In this document: piece after piece, positions 28,932 to 38,200 of the stretch
Position numbering within the stretch: the first letter of the stretch is position 1
How the letters are laid out: every line of letters starts with the position of its first letter
Assembly (NCBI GenBank): GCA_020058285.1
Contig: JAGVEL010000017.1
Coordinates: 2,027-66,026, forward strand
Origin: Candidatus Omnitrophota bacterium
GTDB taxonomy: Bacteria > Omnitrophota > Gorgyraeia > JAHJTE01
Direction of reading: 5' to 3'
DNA: 64,000 bases
Translations under genes and position numbers: made by a program
Notes under the pieces: model-generated
Databases searched by the model: none
Told to the model about the DNA's origin: nothing
What the model saw: the letters and a program-made list of their open reading frames with translations, nothing else

Positions 28932-30263
28932 TTAATTAGAAACTATCCTGGATGACTCTTTCTCTTTTATAGCCTGCAATTCTTGCGCTAACTGCTCAGG
29001 AGTCTTTTCTTTAATCAATATTAACTGAATGCCTTTCCCCAGTGCCTCAATGACACCTGGGAACTCATTCACTGGCCAAATGCTGGGATGAGTAGCGCTA
29101 TCCATACCATCTGCAAACTGAGCCAAAATCTTGGGGATTTCTGCAAGCGCAAATTTGTTGGAAGGCAAGTTTTTAGTCTGACTCGATAAATATGCCTGTT
29201 GGTCTTTATCTGTTAACCACTTTAAAAACTTTATTGCCTCTAGTTTCTTACTAGATCTATCATTTACAAGAAATGAGAATGAAGAGCCTCCGCCCCAAAT
29301 ATACATAGGATTTTTTCTATTTACTTTTGGTGGCAAGAATACCCCATACTCTAAATGGGGATTCATGCCATCATAAACATTAATACACCATGAACCATTA
29401 AATGCAAATGCCGCTCTTTCATTAGCAAATGTCTGCTCAGCGACTTTATTTTTCATTATGACAACGCCGGATACTAAGGCATGTTTATCTACCAGTTCTT
29501 TAAATAATGAAAAGACTTTAATCCAATCAGGATCAGTATAAGGTACATCTCCTTTTAAAGTAGCGATAACCTTATCTTCTCCCATAATATTAAATGCATA
29601 ATTGGACGCAAAACAATCAATCATCCAAATCTCTCCCCACCCCGAGACCAAACCTGGCACACCCACTTTTTTTAATTTATTGATATTGTCAATAAATTCC
29701 TCCCAGTTTGAGGGTGGTCTCTCTGGATCAAGTCCTGCCTTCTTAAATAATTTTTTATTGTAAAGCATCTGGATATTCATTATATCAATAGGAGCACCAT
29801 AGATGCCTGGCAATATGGCATAGGTATTATTCTCCTTGAATTCCACCACCTCTAGAGCTTTAGAAAAGAAACATTCTTTCCAAACGCCATTTTCCTCATT
29901 CATAACCTCGCTTAAATCTGCTACATGGCCACTTTTTATAAATGCTGCAAAATCTCTCTTTTCACCCAGAAGTCCGTATATATCTGGTAAGGTTCTTCCT
30001 TGGGCAGCAGCGCGGACTTTTTGGGCATAGATATCAGAAGGGGCATAGAGTTCAAAATTAACTTTTATGCCGGTTTTGTCCTCGTAGCGTTTGGCCAATT
30101 CTTGAAAGGCTGCCTCGCGGTCAGTCATCCAGTGCCAGACATTAATTGTCGGCTTGGAAGAAAGTTTCTTAGACGAACAACCTGTTAAAGAAAATCCAAA
30201 TGCCAAAGCACAAATGACAAGATAATAACAAAATTTAAATTTCAAATGAAAAAATTTTGACAA
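28932..30263 (-). CDS. Sugar ABC transporter substrate-binding lipoprotein
   Basis: Lipobox LTGC, INVWHW, YNKKLFKKAGLDP, FLKWLT. Confidence 0.9.
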   Translation of the reverse strand: MSKFFHLKFKFCYYLVICALAFGFSLTGCSSKKLSSKPTINVWHWMTDREAAFQELAKRYEDKTGIKVNFELYAPSDIYAQKVRAAAQGRTLPDIYGLLGEKRDFAAFIKSGHVADLSEVMNEENGVWKECFFSKALEVVEFKENNTYAILPGIYGAPIDIMNIQMLYNKKLFKKAGLDPERPPSNWEEFIDNINKLKKVGVPGLVSGWGEIWMIDCFASNYAFNIMGEDKVIATLKGDVPYTDPDWIKVFSLFKELVDKHALVSGVVIMKNKVAEQTFANERAAFAFNGSWCINVYDGMNPHLEYGVFLPPKVNRKNPMYIWGGGSSFSFLVNDRSSKKLEAIKFLKWLTDKDQQAYLSSQTKNLPSNKFALAEIPKILAQFADGMDSATHPSIWPVNEFPGVIEALGKGIQLILIKEKTPEQLAQELQAIKEKESSRIVSN

Positions 30264-30272
30264 CTTTTCTCC

Positions 30273-32693
30273 TTATCCTAAAACTACCCTTACTTTATAA
30301 GTTTTCCCGGGCTGCCTTGGCTTAATTACGTTGCCGTCTATAAGTTGATTATCCACAAAAACTGCCTTAACACCCTTGGATTTTCCTTTTGGGTTTTCAA
30401 TTTCTATCATATATATAGCGCCTCTAAACGGCCGGCGGATAGAGCATTTTTTCCAGTGACGAGGGATACACGGATCAACCCTCAGGCCTTCAAAATCTCG
30501 GCGCGCACCTAACAACCACTCTGTTGCAGCCATAAAAGTCCAACCAGCTGTTCCAGTAATCCAGGTAAATGCACCCTCACCATATAGGTAAGGATGCTGC
30601 GGCCCGACAAGATATTCTGACCAGGCATATGGCTCTGTTTTATATAATTCGTAATCCTTTTGAAGATTAGGCATAATCTTACGCATTGCCTCATAAGCAA
30701 AATCTCCGTAACCTTTAGATAACAAAGCCACAATCATGAATGTTGCAGCATGGCAAAAAACAGCTGCGTTTTCTTTTGTGCCTTGCGAGAACATGCTTAT
30801 TCTGCCTAATTTCGGATTAAATTCACTATAAGCCGGAGCAAATAATGCTAGCCCATGGTCACCGTCTAAATATTTTCTTGCCGAATCAACGATTTTTTCA
30901 GTCCGGCCCGCATCATCAGAAATGCCGGATAGGATTGCCCAAGACTGAGCATTGAGATGAATTTTGCCTTCCTTATTTACCTTGCTGCCGTAAACTGTGC
31001 CGTCATCAGTAAATCCGCGCTGATACCAGGCTCCATCCCAGCAAACTTCATTAACCCGCTCGCTCATTGTCTTTGCTTTATTTAAAAACTCTTCTTTCTT
31101 GGCTTTATCGCCTACAAGCGCACAAAGTTCGGCAAATAATTTTAAACTGCGCACTAATGCCTGGGCAAGCCAGACACTTTCGCCTTTGTGCTTAATGCCT
31201 GCGGCATCAATAGCATCATTCCAATCAGCATGGCCGATGTGCGGTAAGCCCCGCTCTCCAACGTCATTAAAACAGAAATTAAGGTTTCTCTCTAGATGCT
31301 CAAACAATGTTCCTTCTCCATCTGTCGTTGCCCCGCCGGAGAAATTCACATCAATATTCCAGCCTTTGAGCCACTTATCCTTTAGGTAACTTATATACTC
31401 AGACAAAATAGCCTTGTCCCCGGTTTCCCGGATATAAGCATGCACAGTTGCAGTAAGCCAGATTTGATGGTCTTTGTTCGGACGATGCCCAGCTGGACCG
31501 GTTGTATCGCCCCAACCCGAAGCACTGGTGCCGTCTTTTCTGATGAGTGAGGCAATGTGCATTATGCGCTTACGGGTAAATTCAGGATTTATCGAAACTA
31601 AACTTTCCGAATCTTGGCAGGAATCGCGGTAACCTCTACCACCTGAGCCTTCATGATAATAACTAGGAGAACGGCTCCAGAGATTACAGATATACAACTG
31701 GTATTTTACCCAGATATTCATCATAAAATCAAAATCCTTATCCGGGGTATTAACCCAGATATTATCCAATATTTTTTTCTGCCAAAAACCCTTAACATTA
31801 TCTAATTCTTTTTTGGTATTATTTAAATTGCGGTATTTAGTAAGTAAGTGGCTGATATTCGGCAGGCCTTGTGTCTGGCCGAGGATTATTACAAATTCTT
31901 TATTTTTCCCCGCAGCTAAATTTAATTTATGCTTAAAGCAGGCAATCGCGTCTTCGCCGGAACAAAAATCAATATTCTTGAACTTATCATCAAAAATCAT
32001 TTCCGGATGCTGGTCAGTGTTATACCTGCCTAAGAAAGGATATTTTCTTGTAACATATCCATCGGCTTTTAAGGAAGAGGCAAAAAATGCCTGATAGGAA
32101 AAATGTTGGATATTGAAATCGCCCCAGGCTGCGGTTTTTTTAGCAAAAATCGCTTCGTGCTGCTTATCGAACCAGACGCGGTTATATAAATTCATAATAT
32201 TGCGATAGCGCAATTCCAAATGATAATCACCAAGCAGCCATTCGCAGTAAGGAAATAACTCTAATTGTTTTGATTTTTTTGTTTCATTTTTAATAGAAAC
32301 CAGCCAGATTTCGCAATGATCATTAGTCGGAACAAAATAGGTAATTTCAGAAGATACACCATTGTATTTTGTTTTAATCTTGGTGTAACCCAAGCCGTGC
32401 CGGCATTCGTAAAAATCAGGCTTTTCTTTAACCGGCTGATAAGTAAGGGACCAAATTTTGGATTTTTCCTTTACGTAGATATATCTACCTGGCCGGTCGT
32501 CTTGCCAGCTTGAAGGAAGCCAGCGCAATATCCGGTCAGAGCGGCAATCCTTTAAGAAACTATAACCGCTGGCACAATGCGAGATAACTGCGCAATATTC
32601 TTCATTAGTTAAATAATTAATCCAGGGGCGGGGTGTGAGGGGGTCGGTTACAACAAATTCTAATCCGTCGTTAGTAAAATGGCCGTACTTCAT
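30273..32693 (-). CDS. GH94 glycoside phosphorylase (cellobiose/chitobiose phosphorylase-like)
   Basis: TPRPWINYL, GRGYRDSCQD, DWNDA, GESVW, KENAAVFCH, TWITGTAGW. Confidence 0.92.
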   Translation of the reverse strand: MKYGHFTNDGLEFVVTDPLTPRPWINYLTNEEYCAVISHCASGYSFLKDCRSDRILRWLPSSWQDDRPGRYIYVKEKSKIWSLTYQPVKEKPDFYECRHGLGYTKIKTKYNGVSSEITYFVPTNDHCEIWLVSIKNETKKSKQLELFPYCEWLLGDYHLELRYRNIMNLYNRVWFDKQHEAIFAKKTAAWGDFNIQHFSYQAFFASSLKADGYVTRKYPFLGRYNTDQHPEMIFDDKFKNIDFCSGEDAIACFKHKLNLAAGKNKEFVIILGQTQGLPNISHLLTKYRNLNNTKKELDNVKGFWQKKILDNIWVNTPDKDFDFMMNIWVKYQLYICNLWSRSPSYYHEGSGGRGYRDSCQDSESLVSINPEFTRKRIMHIASLIRKDGTSASGWGDTTGPAGHRPNKDHQIWLTATVHAYIRETGDKAILSEYISYLKDKWLKGWNIDVNFSGGATTDGEGTLFEHLERNLNFCFNDVGERGLPHIGHADWNDAIDAAGIKHKGESVWLAQALVRSLKLFAELCALVGDKAKKEEFLNKAKTMSERVNEVCWDGAWYQRGFTDDGTVYGSKVNKEGKIHLNAQSWAILSGISDDAGRTEKIVDSARKYLDGDHGLALFAPAYSEFNPKLGRISMFSQGTKENAAVFCHAATFMIVALLSKGYGDFAYEAMRKIMPNLQKDYELYKTEPYAWSEYLVGPQHPYLYGEGAFTWITGTAGWTFMAATEWLLGARRDFEGLRVDPCIPRHWKKCSIRRPFRGAIYMIEIENPKGKSKGVKAVFVDNQLIDGNVIKPRQPGKTYKVRVVLG

Positions 32694-32739
32694 GCTTAAT
32701 TTCTCCTCTCCTTTTATATGATATTAAGCTGCTTACACA

Positions 32740-32759
32740 CCTGCCTGCCGGCAGGCAGG
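32740..32759. repeat. Perfect 20-nt GC-rich palindrome (REP-like)
   Basis: cctgcctgccggcaggcagg; near-identical copy at 55782-55802. Confidence 0.8.
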
Positions 32760-32809
32760 GATTTTTTAAAAAAGATTACACCGATTAAAGCATAAATCGA
32801 TAAAGCAAA

Positions 32810-32838
32810 ACTTTACCACAAATCAATATGCGGGTCAA
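32810..32838 (-). promoter_or_regulatory. Sigma70-type promoter of the GH94-ABC operon
   Basis: TTGACC-17 nt-TAAAGT with TGn extended -10. Confidence 0.55.
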
Positions 32839-32852
32839 GAAATTTCGTTTGC

Positions 32853-33203
32853 CTAAACCCCAACAGTTTCATTGCTTCGTAAACACTTCTCCAAAAGCAC
32901 AGCAAAAGTCACCAGATTAACCGACTGTTCTCTTAAAACCACTCCCGCCCGCCAGCCATCGGGAAAATATTCCCTGGACCAGGCGATTTGGCCGGTTAAA
33001 TCAATCAACGGAAGCTCGCCGGGAATTTTAATCTGAATCTTAATCGGGCCTTGTTGAGGAATTTTGTTTTTAGAAAACAACCCTATCCCTTTTGCTGCCA
33101 AATCCCTACTTTCCGCGGATAACTCTAAATCCGGAGAATCTGTTTTAATACGCAATGGCAAGTTCAGTAATATTCTATCAAAATATCGGCGTTCATTTTC
33201 CAT
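32853..33203 (-). CDS. PilZ domain protein
   Basis: ERRYFDR (RxxxR), DLAAKG (degenerate DxSxxG), GQIAW...GV. Confidence 0.85.
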   Translation of the reverse strand: MENERRYFDRILLNLPLRIKTDSPDLELSAESRDLAAKGIGLFSKNKIPQQGPIKIQIKIPGELPLIDLTGQIAWSREYFPDGWRAGVVLREQSVNLVTFAVLLEKCLRSNETVGV

Positions 33204-33600
33204 CTTCCTTCACCTCCGTGGGTCGAAGGCCGGCCCACCATTTTTTATTCAATTCTTGGTTACAGAACTTAAATGCATAATGAAATATTCTTTCCTTGTC
33301 CCGGTCAACAAGATTGCTAAAACTTACACCCGTAGCAAGGGTTTGCCCCTCACGAACAATCGGTAAATCTTGCTGCCAGGCAACTCTGCCTTCGGTGAAT
33401 ACAAAACGCTGCTCGTCGGGCAATTCAATAATTACTTCTAAATCTGTCTGAGGAAGGTATTTCACGCGAGATTGAAACCTTATGCCGCCGCAACTGATAT
33501 CGCCTGCCTGAGTGTAAATTTCCGGTTCTTCATAATCTACTCTCTTGACGCTAACTGCGCCGTCAAAATTCCAGCGAATCGCTTTTCTTCTTTCTTCCAT
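33193..33600 (-). CDS. PilZ domain protein
   Basis: ERRKAIR, DISCGG, GRVAW...GVSF. Confidence 0.9.
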   Translation of the reverse strand: MEERRKAIRWNFDGAVSVKRVDYEEPEIYTQAGDISCGGIRFQSRVKYLPQTDLEVIIELPDEQRFVFTEGRVAWQQDLPIVREGQTLATGVSFSNLVDRDKERIFHYAFKFCNQELNKKWWAGLRPTEVKEDGK

Positions 33601-33614
33601 ATCCGCCCTCCTTT

Positions 33615-33784
33615 AATAAGCACATAACTTACGGAGCAATTGATTATCTTTGGCGACGTAAGTTATAAGTGCGAATTAAATCCAGCACTTATTTTACTGC
33701 AAGGCTTATAATTAAAATAAGTGCTGGGTCAAATTCAGACATACAACTTATGTCGTTGAAAACTCCATAAGTTGTGTCTTTATT
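33615..33784. repeat. Multi-hairpin structured element, copy C (upstream of the PilZ gene)
   Basis: Same three-hairpin layout as copy B, sharing cataacttacggagca...cgacgtaagttat..gcgaattaa. Confidence 0.85.
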
Positions 33785-33839
33785 TGACCTCCTTTCTTTA
33801 TTATATCTCTAAACGCAAATATTGTCTCTTTCTAAAATA

Positions 33840-35147
33840 CTATCGGCATATACCGACAAAAATTTCCTTCATCACCAGGCTTATCGCGCCTAAGGCCACA
33901 ATTTTATCCTCGTCAATTTCAGAAATCAACACCTTAATTGCCTGTGTTTCTTTGATATTCGCCAGATTTAATCTTGCATTCAGCACTTTTTTAACTTCCG
34001 GGAATTCTTTATCAACTCTCTTAGAAATATAAACAATATCCGGGCCTAAAAATTCTATCAACGCCAAGGCCTTCTCCACTAAATCCATAGGAACCAATTC
34101 AATTTTACTTCCAATTTCTTTTTCCGGCTTAAAAATATCCCCTCCTAAGATTAAACTTGTTAAATGCCGAGAGTGCATATATAGAATGCTCTTATTAACC
34201 AATTCTCTCACTAGCCAGCTCTGCGCAAAAGACTCTAAATGAAAACCTTCTTCAACAACAACTGGCAAATCTAATGCTTTAGATATGTAATTTTCAAGCC
34301 CATCCGGAACTTGGCCGTTAGAAACACCAATACCAATGCCTAGTATCTGGCTGTTTTTGGCCTTAAGCTTAGTGATAATATCAGTTAAAAACGAACTAAG
34401 CGTAATGTTGATATCTTGTTTATTATCAATTAGTTTCTTCTCTTCTAAAATATTCCCTAATTCTAAGTTAGTTACCAATGCCAGCAAATAACTCTTTTCT
34501 AGGTTTACTTCAACGCCTAAAATCAAGCCAAAATCCCTATTTAGTTTAAACAACTGCGCCCTGCGGCCTCCGCTGGATAAGTCTAAGCCGCAATCAAAAA
34601 CTAATCCTGCTCTCAAGAATTCATCAATAAATTTCCCAGTGCTTACAGCATTTAAGTTAATTTCTTTGCATATATCTGCCTTAGAAACCGGGCCAAACCT
34701 GCGGATATAATCCAGAATCTGACAGCAGCGGCGCTCTTTATCTCCCAGTTTAAACAACGGCTGCCTTAAAAACTTAATCTTGTAAGCCTTTTTCTTTGGG
34801 CTAATCCGCTTATATATATAGGTAAGGTAAATTTCTTTGTTTTTTGGGTCAATCTGCAATATCTTTAAGCCTAGACCAATAATCACGCCTTGCTCTCTTT
34901 TTATCCAGGCAACTTGGCAGACAGCATGCAAAAATTTATTTTCTAATTGCAAATCAAGATGCACAACATCACCGATTAAATCCTGGGACAAATTACCACT
35001 GACAAATAGCCCTCCTTCGGAAATATTCTGCGTCTGCGCCTCTTGCCAGACAGAGTCCAACCTATCTGAGAACCTGAACCGTACCGGTAGCGTCTCGTTT
35101 ACGCGCTCAAATTTGCGCTTGTCGTTATAGGTGGATGTGTTTAACAT
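33840..35147 (-). CDS. PilZ - winged helix - degenerate ROK fusion regulator
   Basis: KRKFER and NISEGG (PilZ), then FGPVSKADICKEINLNAVS...SGGRRA (ROK-type HTH, paralogous to 20303-21544) and a shortened ROK body ending VALGAISLV. Confidence 0.85.
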   Translation of the reverse strand: MLNTSTYNDKRKFERVNETLPVRFRFSDRLDSVWQEAQTQNISEGGLFVSGNLSQDLIGDVVHLDLQLENKFLHAVCQVAWIKREQGVIIGLGLKILQIDPKNKEIYLTYIYKRISPKKKAYKIKFLRQPLFKLGDKERRCCQILDYIRRFGPVSKADICKEINLNAVSTGKFIDEFLRAGLVFDCGLDLSSGGRRAQLFKLNRDFGLILGVEVNLEKSYLLALVTNLELGNILEEKKLIDNKQDINITLSSFLTDIITKLKAKNSQILGIGIGVSNGQVPDGLENYISKALDLPVVVEEGFHLESFAQSWLVRELVNKSILYMHSRHLTSLILGGDIFKPEKEIGSKIELVPMDLVEKALALIEFLGPDIVYISKRVDKEFPEVKKVLNARLNLANIKETQAIKVLISEIDEDKIVALGAISLVMKEIFVGICR

Positions 35148-35159
35148 AATTTACTCTTT

Positions 35160-35234
35160 ACGCAGATGAACACAGATGTAAATGCGGCAGATGATCGCAG
35201 ATATCTTTGTAAGCTAGATATAATCTGTGTAATC
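35160..35234. repeat. Degenerate ~9-nt repeats with complementary partner (intergenic)
   Basis: acgcagatg aacacagatg ... gcagatg atcgcagat ... aatctgtgtaatc. Confidence 0.55.
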
Positions 35235-35238
35235 ATTT

Positions 35239-38200
35239 TTATTTAAATACCTCTGGAAATTTCTTTTGCAACCATTCTAATATATAGTTACTAATTGCTC
35301 CTGCCTCAATAATTCTCTTTATTTTTTGTATCCCAAATGATTGTAGTTCTTTTAATATTTCTCCTCTATGGTAGGATACATCGCCATAATATTTTATATC
35401 CTCAATTACTTCAAACATTTCTTCTTCGGAAAGATGTCCACATATTGGCTCTACTTTTTCGTCACAGTTTAGAATAAAACCCACGATAATTTTCGAAACA
35501 TTATTGCCTTGTTTATATTCCTGTCCTCTATATTTATCTAATCGCAATTGGCCAAGGCAATAATGAATCATATCCACAGTTAAATCAATTGGCAATTTTG
35601 ATAAAATATAATCGAAGCTGCTCCTTTCTCTTCCAAGTAATGACAAGGCCTCATATATATTATATGGATCAAGATAATAATAAGCTATGAAGTCATCTTT
35701 TAAATCCTCGATGTAACCACTATCAAATCCATCTCTCTTGGAGAACAAATTGTATACCCATGTTGAAACATCCTTTTTAATTGCAGATTTCATTTTCTCT
35801 AAACTCGGCGCTCCCCACTTCCAGGGATTTTCTCTCCAGCGCGGATGCACATATCCTCCAAGCTCATCCTTATCAACAAGCTCCTGTAAGTTTGTCCTTC
35901 TTATATAGTATGTATCCAAGTATTCTTTCCATTCTTTATCGGTTCTATCATCAAAATCCATTAAGATATCTTTTAATGTGTTCCTTAAAAGATGATAAAT
36001 ATCCTCCTCTGGAGGCAATTTATATTCAAATACCAAATCATATAATCGCCCAATCCAGCTCTTATTTTTGAGTTCCCTATTGAAATATGTATATAAGGGC
36101 TTAGCATAACGAGTTATCTCTACATCATCTATATGCCCTGGCTCTACGTAGGTAATGCTATAATGTACAGTAACCTCATTAAAATCGTTTCCCCATCTTT
36201 CTCGGCCTGTTTCACATACAGCTATTATTATGAAACCGTCCTGCTCTAACTTCTTTTCTGCTTCGCGCTCTTGATCACATGGAACGCGTAAAAAGTGGCA
36301 ATCTCCCTTTATTTCCCGATATAATTCGAAACCTAAGAAATTAATCTCTAATCTTAATAATTTCCTTAATATATCTTCATTAGGGATTTCGTTCAAGGCT
36401 AGCTGCCACGTCTCTTTGAGTTTCTGATCGCTAAGTCCATTGTTTCTGGCTAATTTAAACCATTCAGAGGCTAATTCATTAATATCAAAAGTGCTGCTGA
36501 ATAAATCTTGAGTTAGTTTTAACCGATCCTCAGCCTTAAAATCTTCTGAGCCGAGCAAAGTTATCCATTCTGGAGATTTTAAACTAATCTCATCCAAGTT
36601 AGCTTGCCAATACAATACTTTTTGCCCATGCCTATGCTTCAAAGAGCCTTCTCTAACCAACCTAAACCCTAACTGCCTATAAAAATCCTTAACTAAAGCA
36701 TTCTTACTTGTAGGAATATATGTTCCTTGTAAAGTCGTAACGCCTTGCTCTCTAAGCTGATTTACTACATATGCCATAAATGCGTGTTCTACAGTTAAGC
36801 CAATTGCCCGGCAACTTAAACAAAATGTATCAATCTCCCACTCACAAATATTATAACCCCTGCCTAATCTCATTACACCGACTATGCCTGCATTCCCAAA
36901 CTTATCTATCAATTCTAAGGTAAATATTTTGGCCGTTAAAGAACCTACGCCTCTTACATCCCATTTCACCACTTCTTTAGAACGCTCTCCCGGAGTTAGA
37001 TTAAACTGATTTGTTCTTTGGGTTAATTGGAATATGCGTGATATATATGGCAGGTTTTCTTGGCCTTCCCGGATAATTATCTTCATATCTAAAGAACGAT
37101 AATATTCCTCTAAAGAAACAGCCTGTCCTTTTAATTCGTCCCTTTTGCTTTTAGCGAGATAGAGTTGGGTTCTACGCCTATCCTCCTCAGTGATTTTCCC
37201 CTCAGGAAATAGCCCCGAGCCAATTAATAATTGTATTCTTTCTATTGGCCTATCCGGAATATCTGGCGTGAAAACCTCGGGATAGCTTAATCTTATTAAC
37301 TCTCTTTCATGCGGACTGTCATCTATGAATACCAAACTATCCATACCAATATTTAACTCCTCGGCTATCTCCCTTAAATTTGTAGCCTTATCCTGCCAAT
37401 TGGCTTTAATAATCGTAAAGTCATCTTTTCTTAGAATCATCTCAGGATGTCTTTCTAATACCCCGATGACCTCTTCGGGATTATTCTTGCTGTTTATGGC
37501 TAAGATAATGTCTCTCTCTTTGAGTGCCCTTACTGTTTTTTGAAATTCCTTATGCTCTTCTGTTATCTTTATCCCGTTAAATCCGTCTTCTCCTACAATG
37601 CCAGACCACAATATACCGTCTGCATCCAGAACGAGGCATTTTTTGTTATTTTGCTGTACTGGCGAACTGACGGTTTCATCAAGATTTTCTATCGGCAACA
37701 CCCCAGCCGCAACTCCGATATCAGATTCGGCAGGAATAGCCTCGAATGTTTTAAATACCTCTGGAAAATTTTGCTTAAGCCAATCTAATATTTCTTGGTC
37801 TTCGCCAAAAATCTTTATAAGTCGCTCTTTGCCGATTGCCAACAATTCCTTCTGGATTGCACTTCTTATTGCTAACATTTCTTTGCGCCAGAGTTCTGAG
37901 GTGTAGTTTTTCTTAATAATTAATTCTACTAACAGATCGCTAAGATACTGACTCATTGACACCTGGCTAAATTCAGCCCTTGTTAGCCAGACAATAGGAA
38001 TATTCCCTTCAATCTTCCGGTCCCAACTTGGCTTTATGTTCATGGAATAATTAAACATATCAGCCGCTAAATCCGGTGCTAAGTACGAAGTAATCTGGCC
38101 GAATTTTTCAGAAATACCGAAAACATTTGAAAAGATTTTATAGGCATTTTCAGGGTCCATATAGTAATATGCTTTTAATATTTGGCTGGCATTTTGTGCT

